This document shows positions 36,500 to 50,500 of a stretch of 64,000 nt of DNA, piece after piece. The notes beneath the pieces are model-generated. The model was not told where the DNA came from, did not search any database, and worked only from the letters and a program-made list of their open reading frames with translations. Numbering within the stretch: the stretch's first letter is position 1; every line of letters starts with the position of its first letter. A program made the position numbers and the translations under genes. The DNA is from Gnetum montanum (Eukaryota; Plantae; Gnetophyta): assembly GCA_015680685.1 (NCBI GenBank), contig MNCI01001868.1, positions 615,420 to 679,419 of the forward strand, written 5' to 3'.

Positions 36500-39400
36500 C
36501 TAAGCATTACTAAAACTTGGCATTGATATGTGATTCATAGCCACTAATGTTTACATAGGTTTAGTAGACTAGTAGGTATAAAGAAAGGATACTTCTAAAG
36601 TTTATATTTGAAATCACTTGAATTATCATCTACCTACATGTGTACAACTCTACTAGCATTTTTCTAGTATGGGTGAGAAGCTATCTCATCTTGCATTTGT
36701 GGGGGTGGTGCTAAAGGAAGAGGAGTATGTGATCATTGAGGACACATGGGATGTGGATGTGAAGGATAAGATTTTGATTCAAGTCTCTCGATGGAAGGCC
36801 TATGGTATTCAAGTGGGTATTAGTAGTGAGGGAATAAGTTTTAAAGATTGCACCACTTGAAGAAACATGTTTTTGGACATAATATCCATAAGGATCTAGT
36901 TTCTTGTAATAATACTACTACCTTGGTGATGACATTCCCCATGATTGTGGATTTTACCCCTACTAATAATACTACTCCTAAGGATGAGGTGAAGCTCTAC
37001 TTGGATAGTATTGCTAATTGTAGAACTACATGTAGTTGCTTTGTAGGTAAGACAATCTCCTAGGCATTTTCTTTTTCATGATTTTTGAATTCAATGCATA
37101 TATTCCTAACTCCTGTAAATGTGACATAATAGGACAATACCCCTTGGGATGTTCATACTATCACAAGTCACATTTATCATCATCATAATCCAAGTCAATA
37201 ATTGCTTCCACTACAATAGTTTTTCCTTTTTACTTATACATGTCTTTACTTGCCTCTTCTTTACTTATCTTTCACTTCTATGAAAGCCTACTCTATTTTC
37301 TCCTCTACTATTTTTAATGTAATTTTGAATTGTTCATCCACCATATCCTACATTTTCTTTACCTTCACCAAAATATCCAAAACTAATTTTTGGATTAGTA
37401 AGTATTTTGCTAGATCACCTCCTTCATAGATTCTTCATCCTCCTGCGTGTTGCATACACATGCATCCTTTTAACGAAGAGAGGAATCTCTATTGTAATCC
37501 TATGAACTTTTCCTCTTCGTCAATTCTCCTTCCTCTTTTGCTAGTTGATCAATTAACCTTTGGATCTGATGGGCCCTCATTTCTGAAAGTTTCCATTGGG
37601 AAAAAAAACCCTAAAAATCTCTCTAATTTTATTTCTAAGTCCATCTATGATATGCCTTAACTACTTTCTTTGTGAAAAATTGTGGCTTGGTTATCTAAGC
37701 AAGAGAGAATATTGCTTGCCCAACACTACATTAAGGGATTTATAATTGCTTTCTCATCATCCTTAAATCTTTGTTTTCAAATTGGACACCTAGAACTACA
37801 TCTAATATTTATCATTAAATAGTTGTAGTATCATACCTTACCTTCTAACATATTTTAATTCCAAGAATTAGTATCATCTTTTAGCCTCTTTGATCAGTGT
37901 CCTAAGAAATAGCTTAAACTTTTGTCATTCATTTTTTATGTTCTGCAAGGCACAAGCATCATGGAAGGCTTTTAATTAATCTTGAGTATCTACATTGTAG
38001 TCCCCTTTAAATTTGGAGATGTTGTTCATGTTAAGCCACTTGATGCAGTTATCTCTCTAATGCCTTGTTAGAATGTAGACAACCTCCCTTATGTTGATCA
38101 TGCTTCTTGTTACCAAAAGAGGTTCATCATAATTGTCACATTCATCAAGACCCTTTGTCATGACCATGGCCTCTTCTATGTTGTTTACTATGCCTTCATT
38201 CATTTATGTGTCTTATTTCCTAGTCTCTATCTTTATCTCGTCTACCATCCCTACCTCCATCCTAAGTATGATCACTTTTGTTGTCTCTATCAAACCGTCT
38301 ATTAGTATCTCTTCTTCCTTGACCATGTCCATCCTTGTCAAAGCTTGACCATGAGGATGATAAGAATGATGAAGAACTAGGAGTACCATGCCAAATTTCT
38401 CTCCTACTATGACCCCTTTGATTGTCTCTAGGTGCCCTACTAGAAGACCTAGGTCTAGAGGTCCTCCTTGTGTTAGGTCTTATTCTCCATTTTCCTTGGT
38501 TGCTTACCAAGGTTGAACATAGCCACAAGTTTATTATTCATCTACACTGAAGGGAGGAGGATTTTGATGATTAAATTTGCCTGAATGGTAATCTGTGTCC
38601 TCCTTTTCTAACTGCAACATTAGTGGTATGGGAGCCCTATTTTCCTTTGTTGCTTCATGATAGGCTTCCATGAATCAATCTTTATGAAGTTGGGCTTCCA
38701 TGAGTTGGTAGGGCCTAGACATTTCATCAACTACCTTAAAGAGCAATGATAGTTACTTCTAGTCCAAGCTTCATCAATGATGCCATGAACATTGATAAAG
38801 TTGAATAATCAAGTAATAACATAATGGTTTCTTCTAGGTCCCTCCATCTCATTTGTTCATCCTAGTAAAGAATGATGGTGAAATCTAAATAATAAGGATT
38901 TGAATACTAGTAGACTATATTACTTGATAAGGCACTTCATCTGTGCCTTTGGTTATTTTGTTACATCTCCTAGTAGAATCGTCAATAAGGGGGAAATCAG
39001 CTTTGCAAGAAGAAGATATTTTAAATTATTACATCTCAATAAAATAATATTTTTTTCATAAATGATAAATTGTTAAGTCCTATCAATGATCATGGATGAT
39101 TTAAACTAACCTAGATCACTAGAACCAATCCCCAACAACACCAATGATGAGCGACAAGTGTCCCCTAAGTCCAACCCTACAAATCACAAGCATTTATGCA
39201 TGACTTGATCACATTCCATAGACTAGACTAGTGGTATACCTAGATTATTAAACGTGATTGCAAGTCATTGGCTTCCCAATTACACTTGTACTAGCCTTAG
39301 CTCATATGACTAATTTTAAGTGAAGCATACAATCTTTGATGTTGTTTGTCCATGATTAAAATATTATTAAAATATTAAAATTTAATCTATCTAATCTAAG

Positions 39401-39872
39401 TGCAAGGAATAATATCTAACTACCTAGGTGATGAATAGTTGTTCCCAACGTTAACATATTTATGCTCAAAGTTGATCATACTAATTATTAAATTACAGTA
39501 AATTATTCTGCATAATTAATGTGCAATTTATAGTAAATTATTAACTAAGTGTGTAAAAAGTAAATGAACAAGGAGACTAAATTGCACTTAAGAAAACATT
39601 AAACAATGTCATAGTGTTACAATAAAGGTAAATTAATCTTGATCTTATTCTTATTCATGAAAATGTATCCATGATCACTTGATTAAGATTCCATCAATTA
39701 ACTCACATTCACTTTGTGGGCACTCACTAATTGTTCTAACTCTACAAAAGAAAACTACAAAAGCTTCACTACACCAATTGATCAAACGTAAAAATGGTTT
39801 ATAGTAGATTTATAAAAGCATTTATTGCCATCACAATGTTGATATATTGACATAGCTAGGGCTATGTCATCA
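36500..39872 (-). mobile_element. Older, truncated member of the same Athila-like family (5' LTR ~39145-39872, PBS, gag)
   Basis: LTR end CTCATCA followed by degenerate PBS ttggtgttgttgggga; gag DEPLL..NNISKFKGDY..AFHDAC..QKFKLF aligns with ORF 19203-19514. Confidence 0.8.
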
Positions 39873-41511
39873 TTGTGTCGACATGGTAGCTTCAATGCTA
39901 ATGCATCAATACAATTGAGTGATTTAAGACTTATTAAATGATATTGATATTATAGCAAATATCTTACCATTGTGGTATATCCCTCCAAACCCAATTTGTA
40001 AGATATAATAAAAATTGTAATAAGTATATATTCTAGACTATTAGATATAACAAGCTACTTGCGTACATTCAGATTTATAAGAGCTTTCATATGCTTGGAA
40101 TTGGAAAACTAATTTCCAGATCCTATACTTTATTTAAACACTAATATATTCCTACTTCAAAATCATGGCAATGTATTAATTTTTAATATTCTATCTAAAT
40201 AAACATATCAATAACATTTCATGAGATCATTTGAAAGCCTTGGTAATAAGGATGGTATCATGGACAAAAATAGTGCTTACAAATAATTGGTATCAAAAAT
40301 CTCAAATGCAATAATGAATTAAAGACAATTCAAAAATTTGTTAAAAGTGAACATTTGGGAGTCATGACACAGTTAAGTGAAAAAAAACCCAACCAAAAAA
40401 AAGGAAGATTTAATTTTATTGGAAAAAGAATAAAGTGACATGCATGATAATACAAAATATGTACATGCAACCATTCTCATATCCATTATTAGCTAATAGA
40501 AAGTCAAATGAGATCAAATTAATTTGAGGTTGAAACTAAAAGATGTTGTAAAGTGCAATATGATAATAGAATATAGTGCCTATACTTGTTAAAAGGGATA
40601 GAAGATGAGTAGCATATATTACCAAAATATTACGTTAATTTAAGCTACGAATGTATATTAAGTCATCATACAAAATAAGTGTTTAAACAACATAAATATT
40701 TTATGTATCTATCATCTTTAAGATTTACTGCTACTAATATATTGATATATGTTGTACAAGCTAATTAGTCTAGCAAATCCTTTCAATCTGAACAAACGTA
40801 ATATTTCATTTATAATATTTACAGGGGAAAAATAGTATTCCATATTGTTACCTATTTTTCAATGGTAAGTAAAATTACCATAACAATGGCTATATAGCAT
40901 CTTTGAGCTGCCTAACAAACAATAAGCTTATCCCATGAATTAACATATTGCATTCAATAAACATATTTCAAGGAAAGACCCACAAGGCTTGCACGGTTTG
41001 GTTCAAGCCATACAACATTTTTTTTCATATGCTTTGTTTACAAACAAATTATTGAGCACCACCAACGAGTAACCATACTGCATGTTCCATGGAAATTTGA
41101 CGCCTACAATGGTACAAGCATTCTGAACAATATCCAGTTTTGCATTAGCCGGCACAGTTAATTAAATGATGGCGGTTCAAATTTAAATATTTGATCCATG
41201 CAATACGTGTTCTCTTTTTTCCCAGATAATCTGATAATTGAAAGATAAAATTAATTAACCACAATATATATTAAAATAGAAATACATGCAAATTCTCACT
41301 TTCCTAGAATACATGTTAATTTTAATATATTTTGCTCAAATGCTCCCATATAAAAATAAATCTCCATTCTGATATTGTTTTTAATATATTATTTTAAAAT
41401 TCTAATTTACATAGAAAGTCTCAAATAGCCTATCATAGGAATACTTGCTTCACCATATCTAGTTCACTTACCAATTTTGCAATTTCTGTAAAAAATTGTA
41501 GGGTGTATCCA

Positions 41512-41550
41512 TCAGTATTTGATTGGCCCATCCAAACTACCTGATGCAAA
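41512..41550 (-). CDS. TGD3: TGD3 last coding exon [12 protein letters not shown]
   Basis: AG acceptor at 41552-41551, TGA at 41514-41512. Confidence 0.93.
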   Translation of the reverse strand, partial: FASGSLDGPIKY

Positions 41551-44500
41551 CTGAAAGCAAAACCCAGTAATGATCCTGTAAAATTATTCCATCAAGAAAA
41601 CAAAAACCCCATTCTAAGAATCACCAGGTATTCAATATCACAAATATACCTGTCGAACAATAGAATTTGATGATGTATGGAAGTCATGTGTTGACCCTTC
41701 CCATACAATTTTACCTTCATGGAGAAAGAGAAGCCTAAAAGATAATGGAAAGGTGATTTATTCAGGTTAAAATATGCTGTTTATGAAGATGTAAGATGCA
41801 GTATTACAAATAGATTTAATATTTAATCAGCATTACATAGATTAATGAACCTCTACCAACCTATCAACAGCCCGTTGAATTGTACTATGTTGATGGGTCA
41901 CAACAATGTAGGAGGCAATCTTTCCAGGCTTGCCTATAGCATCACGCCCTTTAATATGGACAGAACGTATAAGATCTTCAACAACAGTGGATGCAATTGG
42001 ATCGAGTCCAGCTGTTGGTTCATCATACATTACCACCTAGCATAAAGTAGCAGCATAAGTCAAACGCTGAGCTTAACAAAAGAATTTCTAATTAAAAAAA
42101 AATTCTAACACCTATGCACCATAATATGTGAGGAATTTGTATTTCAATATTCATTATCCATTAAGCCCTTGGTAAGGTTTCTTAAAATTTGGGTTTGTTT
42201 TGTTATAATCGAAAGTGATAGTTTCAGTAAAACAATCAGTAGATCAGATCTGAAATTACACTAGAGAAGCTTTGGACAACCTATTAAAACACTATAGATC
42301 TGAATTAAACATTAAAGACAGAAAATATCGCGCTGTAGCAGATCAAAATAGATGTTGTAAATCACTGAAAAACCGTTGTAAACTCCAGCAAATGTTTGCT
42401 GTAAAAGCAAAATGAAAACAACGAAAGAAAATAGCACAAGAACACAGAGATTTATGTGGTTCGGGCCCTTTTTACCCTACCTCCACAACAATGCTAATCT
42501 ACCTTTTATTCTACTCAAATCTTAAGGAAACGTGCCATTCTTATAGCATTCCCAAGCACCCAATCTATTACTCCAACAGATCTCAGATCTCAAACTCTCA
42601 TCTCCAAGGTAAAACCTCAATACAATGCTTCCACATCAAAAACACATACTTAAAAGCTACCCCAAGCCTTCTATTTATAAGGAAACATTAGGACCAAATC
42701 CCAATCTTAACACATCCCCACATAAACATCACTTTACAAACTAAACCACCCTCCAACCCAAACCACTAAACCACTAAATTGATGAAACAAGGATGAATGG
42801 TGATTAATAGATGTTTGTTTCTGTAAGAATGCCTATAAGGATGACAATCATATCTTTTCTTGCCAAAATTCTTACATGATTTGACAAAAGTTTTTACATG
42901 GATTGCTGGAACATGACGTACTAAAAAAACTCAAGGGTGCTTTGCTAACACGTGATATTTGAAACTTGGAAAGGAGACCATTAAAATTTTTGAGGGGATG
43001 TAAAGCAATTTAGATATTGTATTGTGCTTATAAACAAAAATATAGAAAGAGTGAAATATAAAATGGGATTTGACTGCCTAAGTTTTGAATCATATAATAT
43101 TAATAATTCTATTTCTGACGTTGAAAATCAGTTGGTATCTTAAGATTGCTATTTTATTGTATGTATTATCAGGATCATTGTTTTTGAAAAGTTAGCAATG
43201 GAACATTGCTAACGTCTCTTGATCTCTAAGATCCAAAAAGAATTATGGTTATACCTCACATCTTATATTTTCTTTAATAAAATTTTTTATTTTTACCTTA
43301 GGAAAAAAAATGGGAGATTTCCTCATATTTCTTAATGTAAAGCTTCCAGAGTTTATGCAAGGAGCACATCTCCATTGAACATTGATACAACATTATACTT
43401 AGACATTCAGGAATCTGACCAAAACATTCTAGTGCATATCAGAAATTTTAGAGGTCACTGTTATTATTCAAACAGAAACTGAATTTTTACTTATATCTAC
43501 TTGGATTTATTAGACAAAGCAAGTTTAGAATTATTTTTTTAAATTCAAAACTCAGCATTGCCCATTGAAATCAAACCTATAACATGGGTTTCCATGCCAA
43601 CATTCTTACCATTAAGCTAACACCACATTGTTCAAGAACCTAAACCGCACATTTAAGAGGAATCAAATGAACTATCAAATTGCACAAAATTAAGTATATC
43701 TCAACAGACCTGTACAAGTAGTTACTGAAAGAATACAGCTCATAGCAACCACTTTAGCTGACTCATGAATTATTAATTATTAATTTTTATCATGGAAATA
43801 CCAAATTCCTGACAGGATTTGGGCAACAGCTTGGAAATGGAACTTACAGGACAGATAATTGCAAAGGACAACCTATGAGACAAAACTCATTTTGTTTTAA
43901 ATCTGCTGTTCCACCTAGCTTACCAGAGCCTTAAAAACACAACAGACAAGCACTACATAACATAATGTTGTGCCAAGTATTACATGACATAAATCCAATA
44001 AAAGTATGAGGCCTATCTGGGAAAATTTGTACTCGGGAGCCTGAAAAATTTTTTAAATATAGAGGTTGCAAAATCCAAATACCAGTTCGTAGAGTAGGTT
44101 TCCTCAAAGTTCCCAAGAACAAGACTAACAAAGATAGAAAATGTCCTATGATTTTGTGAATGCCTTTTTAGGTTTTCTCTTTTCAACCAATCTTACACAC
44201 TTCGGGTAGTAAAAGAATCAAATGTTAATCTCTTTTAGAAGTGCCCTTTCAAGCTTTCAAAAGTGAGATATTAGAGAATTAATGGGAGTTCTTGTTTATC
44301 CTTGTTATAATGCAAGGAATATTAACACTCTTTTCCTATATAAAAATCGTTAATATTTACTCTTGTTAATTTAGCTTTCTATTTAATGAAATCAACAATG
44401 ATGTGATAAAAAGAAGTGAAGCAAGATGGATGCAACTGTAAGAAGCTAGTGGGTGTTGTGTGATAAAAGAATGTCCATTATATTAAAGAGAAAGTTTTAC

Positions 44501-47500
44501 AAAACTATTATAAGACCTGTGCTTTTATATGGTGTCGAATATTGGCCTATAAAAAGGCATCAAGAATATATGAATATGGCACAAATCAGAAATCTAAGTT
44601 GGATGTTGATCGTCATTAAAAATGATAGAATTAATAATTCTCTAATTAGAGGAAGTTTGAAGGTAGCACCCTTAGGTAATAATGGAAACTCATCTCAAAT
44701 GGTTTGGTCATGTGCAGAGAAGACCAAAGACCAAAGAGGAAGACCAAAATATGTTTGCTATGAAAGAATAATATTCAGGATTTGGGAATTAATGTCAACT
44801 TAGCTCTTAACAAAGGTGATCAGAAGTGAATACCAAAAGAACTCATACAGCCAACTCCATGTAATTGGGATAAGGCTAGGAAAATGATGATGATGAATTT
44901 AGCTTTCTATTTTTAGAAAACAACTCTCATTGCTTTGTTAAAATGTAAACCCAGGCCAATTTTAGCCAACACATGATGCCAGGTGATTATAGTTTACATC
45001 AAACATGGAAATCTATATATTCATGCCACAATATTAATGGAATCTCTATCACTAGTATAGTTATGGATTTATAATATATATCTATAATTTGGCTGAGAAG
45101 ATCTTCTTGGTAGACAAGTGATAAGGTATTTGTATCAAAAATTTTATGATCTCACAACGGAGATCATAATTCACAAGTCTTTTCCTTAACAATCACAATG
45201 CTATTGCAAATGGAAATGGAATTGTGCATGGCACATAGCTTGACTTACAAAGTCAAGCAAGCATGCAACACCCGGGCGGTCATTGTTACCCCTAATTCTA
45301 TGTTTACATTAGAAGCATATCTTCATTCACTAATCCTCTATTTCTAAATCCTCATTTGTGTTATGGTAGGGTTCTTTTGTAACATTTACTTCTTCCTGTC
45401 TATGAAAGTTAAACAAAACTGCAATGCAAGCTAGAATCTGTCCATTATTCACTAAGGAACATTCAGAATGGAAGTGTATGATATTCCAAAAATTCTGCAA
45501 GGTTTGCATATCTCAAGCAAGTTGGGGTTCTAAATGTTACATTATCTAGAGTTATGGATAAAATATTATCTAGTGTTACCAATGAGCTTCCCTGGTGTTA
45601 AGGATGGAGTATTATTTAGTGTTACCAATAGGCTCCTCTTAGAGTGTTATGATGAAATATTATAATATATGTCATGCATGCATTGAAATATAAGACAGAG
45701 AATAAATGCACTAATAACAGTATGCAGTCAAATAAAAAAAATGAATGTTTCATTCTGCTATGTTATTTGTTGGCACAACATGATAATTTCACAAGATGAC
45801 CAAAGTTAATCTTACGAACAAGAATTGTCTTTTGTCATGACATACCTCTGGCTTGGCTGCCTCACGTAAATCATCAAAAATAATGGCTCGAGCCAAAGCT
45901 ACTCGCTTTTTCATACCTCCAGACAGCTCTGCTGGCATCCGATCTTCAACACCCTGATATTTTAAAAGGAAAAGGAAATGACACTGTACATCACTGAAAC
46001 ATAATGCAACTCAAACTGCATAAGGCATGGGCAGGCAGTTTAGCAGTCAGAGCTGAACAAGAAATTACACTGACAAAGGCAGCCAAGCACTTCTAACCGA
46101 GGTAGTAATGTTAAGAGTTTGCAGCCATTAAGTTCTCATATAATTTCAGATTATTTGTTAGGCCATTTGCCATCCTCATTTCCACCACTTTTGAACTGTA
46201 ATCCCATCTATTTGATGACAGCGTTAAAGTACTCTATGTATCATAACTATATAAAGAGCCAAAGCTAAAAAAGAAAACACAACATAATTTAAAGGGTAAT
46301 TTTCCTGTAGATAAGTTGGAATGCAACTAAAATAGATCTTTAAAGTGTCCTTGGTAATATAGGTATAGGAAAAACCACATTCAAGCCGGTTCTTACCTAT
46401 TTATTAGTACATCAAAGTGGTTGAGAGAATTCAATTTATAAAACCTTTCCAAATATGAATTTGAACCGACAAAAATATTCTCAAATAATATCACCAATTA
46501 TTTTGAAAAAAAAAATAAAACCTTGCAGGATTTGTGAGAAGCCTTCATATAGATTGGTGGAACAGAATGGAAGCATAAAATTTGGAGCATGTTACTAGCA
46601 ACTTTGATATTTGACATGTGGAAGGAAAGAGACTGTTTGACTAGTAGCAGCAAAAGTTTGGAGAGAGTATGTACTCTAGAATGGAAATCAACCACCAGAA
46701 TCTTTAAAGCTAGCAAGATTACAAAGCCATAAATTAAGGTTAGGAATGAGCTGGTACTGATAATTTCTGTTTCCTTGGATTGGATGATACAACCAGCAAC
46801 TCAACAAGTCAAGTCCCCCTTTTACCCTTCTAATCATTTTGTGCATTTTTGCAGAATCCAACCTTTGGCCTTTCATTGGCTTGGATTATATTTTTAATAT
46901 TCTTATCCTTTATAAATTTTGTTGAGTTGCTGGTACCTCTAATAACTTGTTTAACTATGGATTGATTCCTTATAGCATGTGTAAATATGGTTTCCCTATA
47001 GCTTGTTAGCTATGATATGATTCCTTTTATAGCTTGCATGGTTATGGTTATTCTTTTATTTTTGGGATTCAAATTTGTAATGTATCTTTTAAAATTTCCA
47101 CTGACCTCTTGGTGTCTCTTGATAAGAACGGGTCTTCAAAGGATGTGGGCCTCATAGAAAATTTTATTGGAAATTGTGATATGCATGTGTTTTATAAGTT
47201 TTTGTGTTTGTGTAACATAAGCCCTTAACCTGCGTCTTATTTGTTATAACATGTTATGTTTCTTTTGGGATGAGCTTCTAGAACCTCTTTTATTGTCAGC
47301 TGTCGAATTATCTCAACCGTTGATTATACCTTGATTTATCTCAGCCATTCATTATATCTTGACTATGTGATTATTATTTTTGAAAAGTTTTCAAAATCTG
47401 CTTCTTAAAGTGAGATATTGATTTATCTCAACTGTTGATTATATACTCATTTATCTGAACCATTAATGTGAAACCCTAAACCTTAATTCTAGCCTATAAA

Positions 47501-50500
47501 TAGAAGCCTTTGTTACTCGTCTCACATATGAGCATGCATCCGCCATCAACTTCTCTTGTTTGCCCTTGATCTTTGGAGAGCCTTTTCCAAAAATCCTTGC
47601 TTGCCCTTGATCTTTGGACAGCCCTTGTCTAAAAATCCTTGCGTATTCAAAGGAAATTTCCAAGCAATGAAGGTAGAGAAGCATGTCTTTCATGGGTTTT
47701 AAATTGTGAACTCTCTTTCATGATTTTTGTTTGTTTTCTTATATCATAATACTGACCTACCTCCTTGAGGCTTGTGAAGCCTTTAACTTATATCTACAAT
47801 GTGCTCTTCCCTTGTGACATTTTGAAGCATTTTTGTGGAGTCAACTACAGCGAAAATGTTGACCACAACTCATAGCCTGAATCTCTACTGCTGACCACAA
47901 GCTGCATCTTGAACCTCTAACATTTACCAGAAGTAGTAATATTCTTCTACAAGTCTTAGTCTACATCATCACTGTTAACCGCAAGTCACAATATTATACT
48001 GGAAGTCACAGTTATGCCATCATTTTCCTACCATGATCACAGTAGAAAACCAAGAGCCACAGTTAAGCTGCAATGTCAACCTAAGAGTCACATTTAGCTC
48101 ATGATAACAAATTGCAAATCATGGACAGGCTGCAATGTCAAACCATGAGTGGTCAAATCATGGCAAGTAAAATCTAACAAGAACAACACTTTCAAACATC
48201 TAGGTGAGGATACCTGATAGCAGAAACTTATTTGTATCGTCTATCTAACCTGACTTTGCTTTGAGATGTTTATCATCCATCCTTGGTATTTAATGGTGAA
48301 TTCAACCATTTCAAATGTAGCTTGTAAACCAAAAGAGAAACTGGTTAAGAAAACATTCCACTCCATGATAGTTGTCATAGTTTGAGAAACTAGAGATAAT
48401 TAGGTGTTAGCTTAGTGGTAAGACTTTTGGCATGAAAGGCATAGATCACAAGTTTGATTCTAATGGGCAATGGTGAGTTGTGGATAAACAATTCTATAAA
48501 AGGAATTCTGAAACTAGTAGGGTCCAGTAAATCCAAGAGGGTCTATGGAATGTAAGTAAAAATTCATTTTCAGTTTCAGAATCTATAATGACTGTCATAG
48601 TTTAAGGGACTAGGATCTATGATGCCTGTCTCAGTTATGGGATTGAAAAACGGTCCTTTTGGTGCATAAGTTACCTTAAAGATAACCAAAAATGTTAACG
48701 GTTCAGGATGTTGCTTATTAGGGTTGCTACAAGGTTGGTGCTAGTTAGGAGGTTGTTCATAGATCACTGTTTGAGGCAATGGGCAACTCATAGATCATTA
48801 CTCTAGGCATTGAGATTAAAACATTTCTCTTACATTTGTCTAGCTAGCTAGGCATGGGCTAGGGATAGCTTTGTAGTAATTATAGTCTCCGACTGGAAAC
48901 CTTGAGAATAATTGCCTGGTTGGTATTATATCATTATTTGATATTCAATTTAGTGATATTCTGATGATATATCATGTTGTACTAATCTTTGTGGTTGCAG
49001 TTTTGGCTCCATCCTATCCTTGACCTTGTTCTAGAGGGTTCAAGTCTTATGGTTTTTGCTCCCTGACGAAGTCCTGACTCTTTCCTACATATGACCTATG
49101 AAGATAAGACACGTGCCAATGGAACCTGAAGCAGGAGGAATCAATAGGTTGGTACTTGAAGAGTTACTGCGCCAGAGCCATGATTTTGAATTATACTCTT
49201 TATTCATGACATTGTACGCTGATTCATCAATGTAATTACTAAACCTTTAATTGGATAATCATTTTCTAATGGCCTAAGCATCTTTTATATCATGTTTAAG
49301 ATATGATTTAACAATGTTGGGACTTATGATGTATTCTAGATTACCGTATTTTCTTTCCAACGCAACTCTGATGTAATCAAGCTATGATTTGAATATCTTG
49401 TTAAGGTTTAAGTTTTCTCACGCTCCGTTGGGATTAAAAAAATTTTATTCAAGTTGCAAATTTCATGGTTACTTTCAGCAGGATGTGGCAGGAAAAAAAG
49501 ACACAGCTAATTTTAAACCTTGGCTACCCCTAGCCTATCTCTAGTTTCAGGTATGCCCGTTGTCTTATTGTATCCTCTGATCAGGGTTCTTAGCCTAGCT
49601 TCCACTAGTGATTTGCAACTCTTCATAATTCAATGTTATAAGTGCATTGGTAAAGGTTCAGCTCAGATCCTCAACTTGCATTTGATGTTTCTGCAACTCA
49701 TGTTGCACTCAAACCTCCTTCATCTTCCAGTAAGGGTTTCTTCCCTACTCTACCCTAAGTTGCTCCACAATCAAACTTCTTTAATTCTTTTTTTCTGATT
49801 TATGGCATTGTTTGTTGCTTTGTATACATAATTTATAGGTTCTGCAATTTCTTTTTGGTTATTCCTCAATTACAGATTTTTCCATTTTTCTGTTTCTTCC
49901 CATTATTCATGGATCCTGGCTTTCTTTGATTTTAAATATATTTTCCTTTTATTTTGCTCATCCAAGTTCCAAATCATATTTATGATTATAAATGGATTTT
50001 GGAGTCCTACTGCATATAGTCAACCTTGAAGAACGTAACATAAGTTAACATAAGTTAACAAGAGTTGTTAGTAGATGCATAGACACTAGTTGAATGCAAT
50101 GGTCTCCAGAGGACTGCATGAGGCAGAAAGCAAGGAAGAACCAATCCACTCTACAGCATTTGAGGTAACACATATCTTTAGATGCATGCAGGATATAACC
50201 AGGGGTATCAGGTTCTTACTTGGGAGATCTAAACGGCCACTAGGCACCAGTAAGAGATGAGCTTGTTTAACCATTTATTGTTATCAAACTGGAACTGTTT
50301 GAAATACTTATTCCAACTGTTTTCCTTTTACCTGTAGCCAAAGATCATAATAAATGTTTGATGTCATGAAATGTTGATCGGCATTTGTTGTGTGTTGACA
50401 ATCATTGTTGTCAAAGCCATGTTAATTGATTTCAATGCTAACTTCATCTTTGGGTCTACCCATAGCTGTAGGTGAGTGTGGAGGATTATGCTTACTGAAA

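Noticed and set aside
41842-42036. Bacterial MlaF-type ABC gene or horizontal transfer
   Set aside because: It is one exon of a spliced plant nuclear TGD3 gene with a transit-peptide-like N-terminus
48403-48475. Functional tRNA gene
   Set aside because: Degenerate B box, no good cloverleaf, and a shared non-tRNA body with a second copy indicate a SINE
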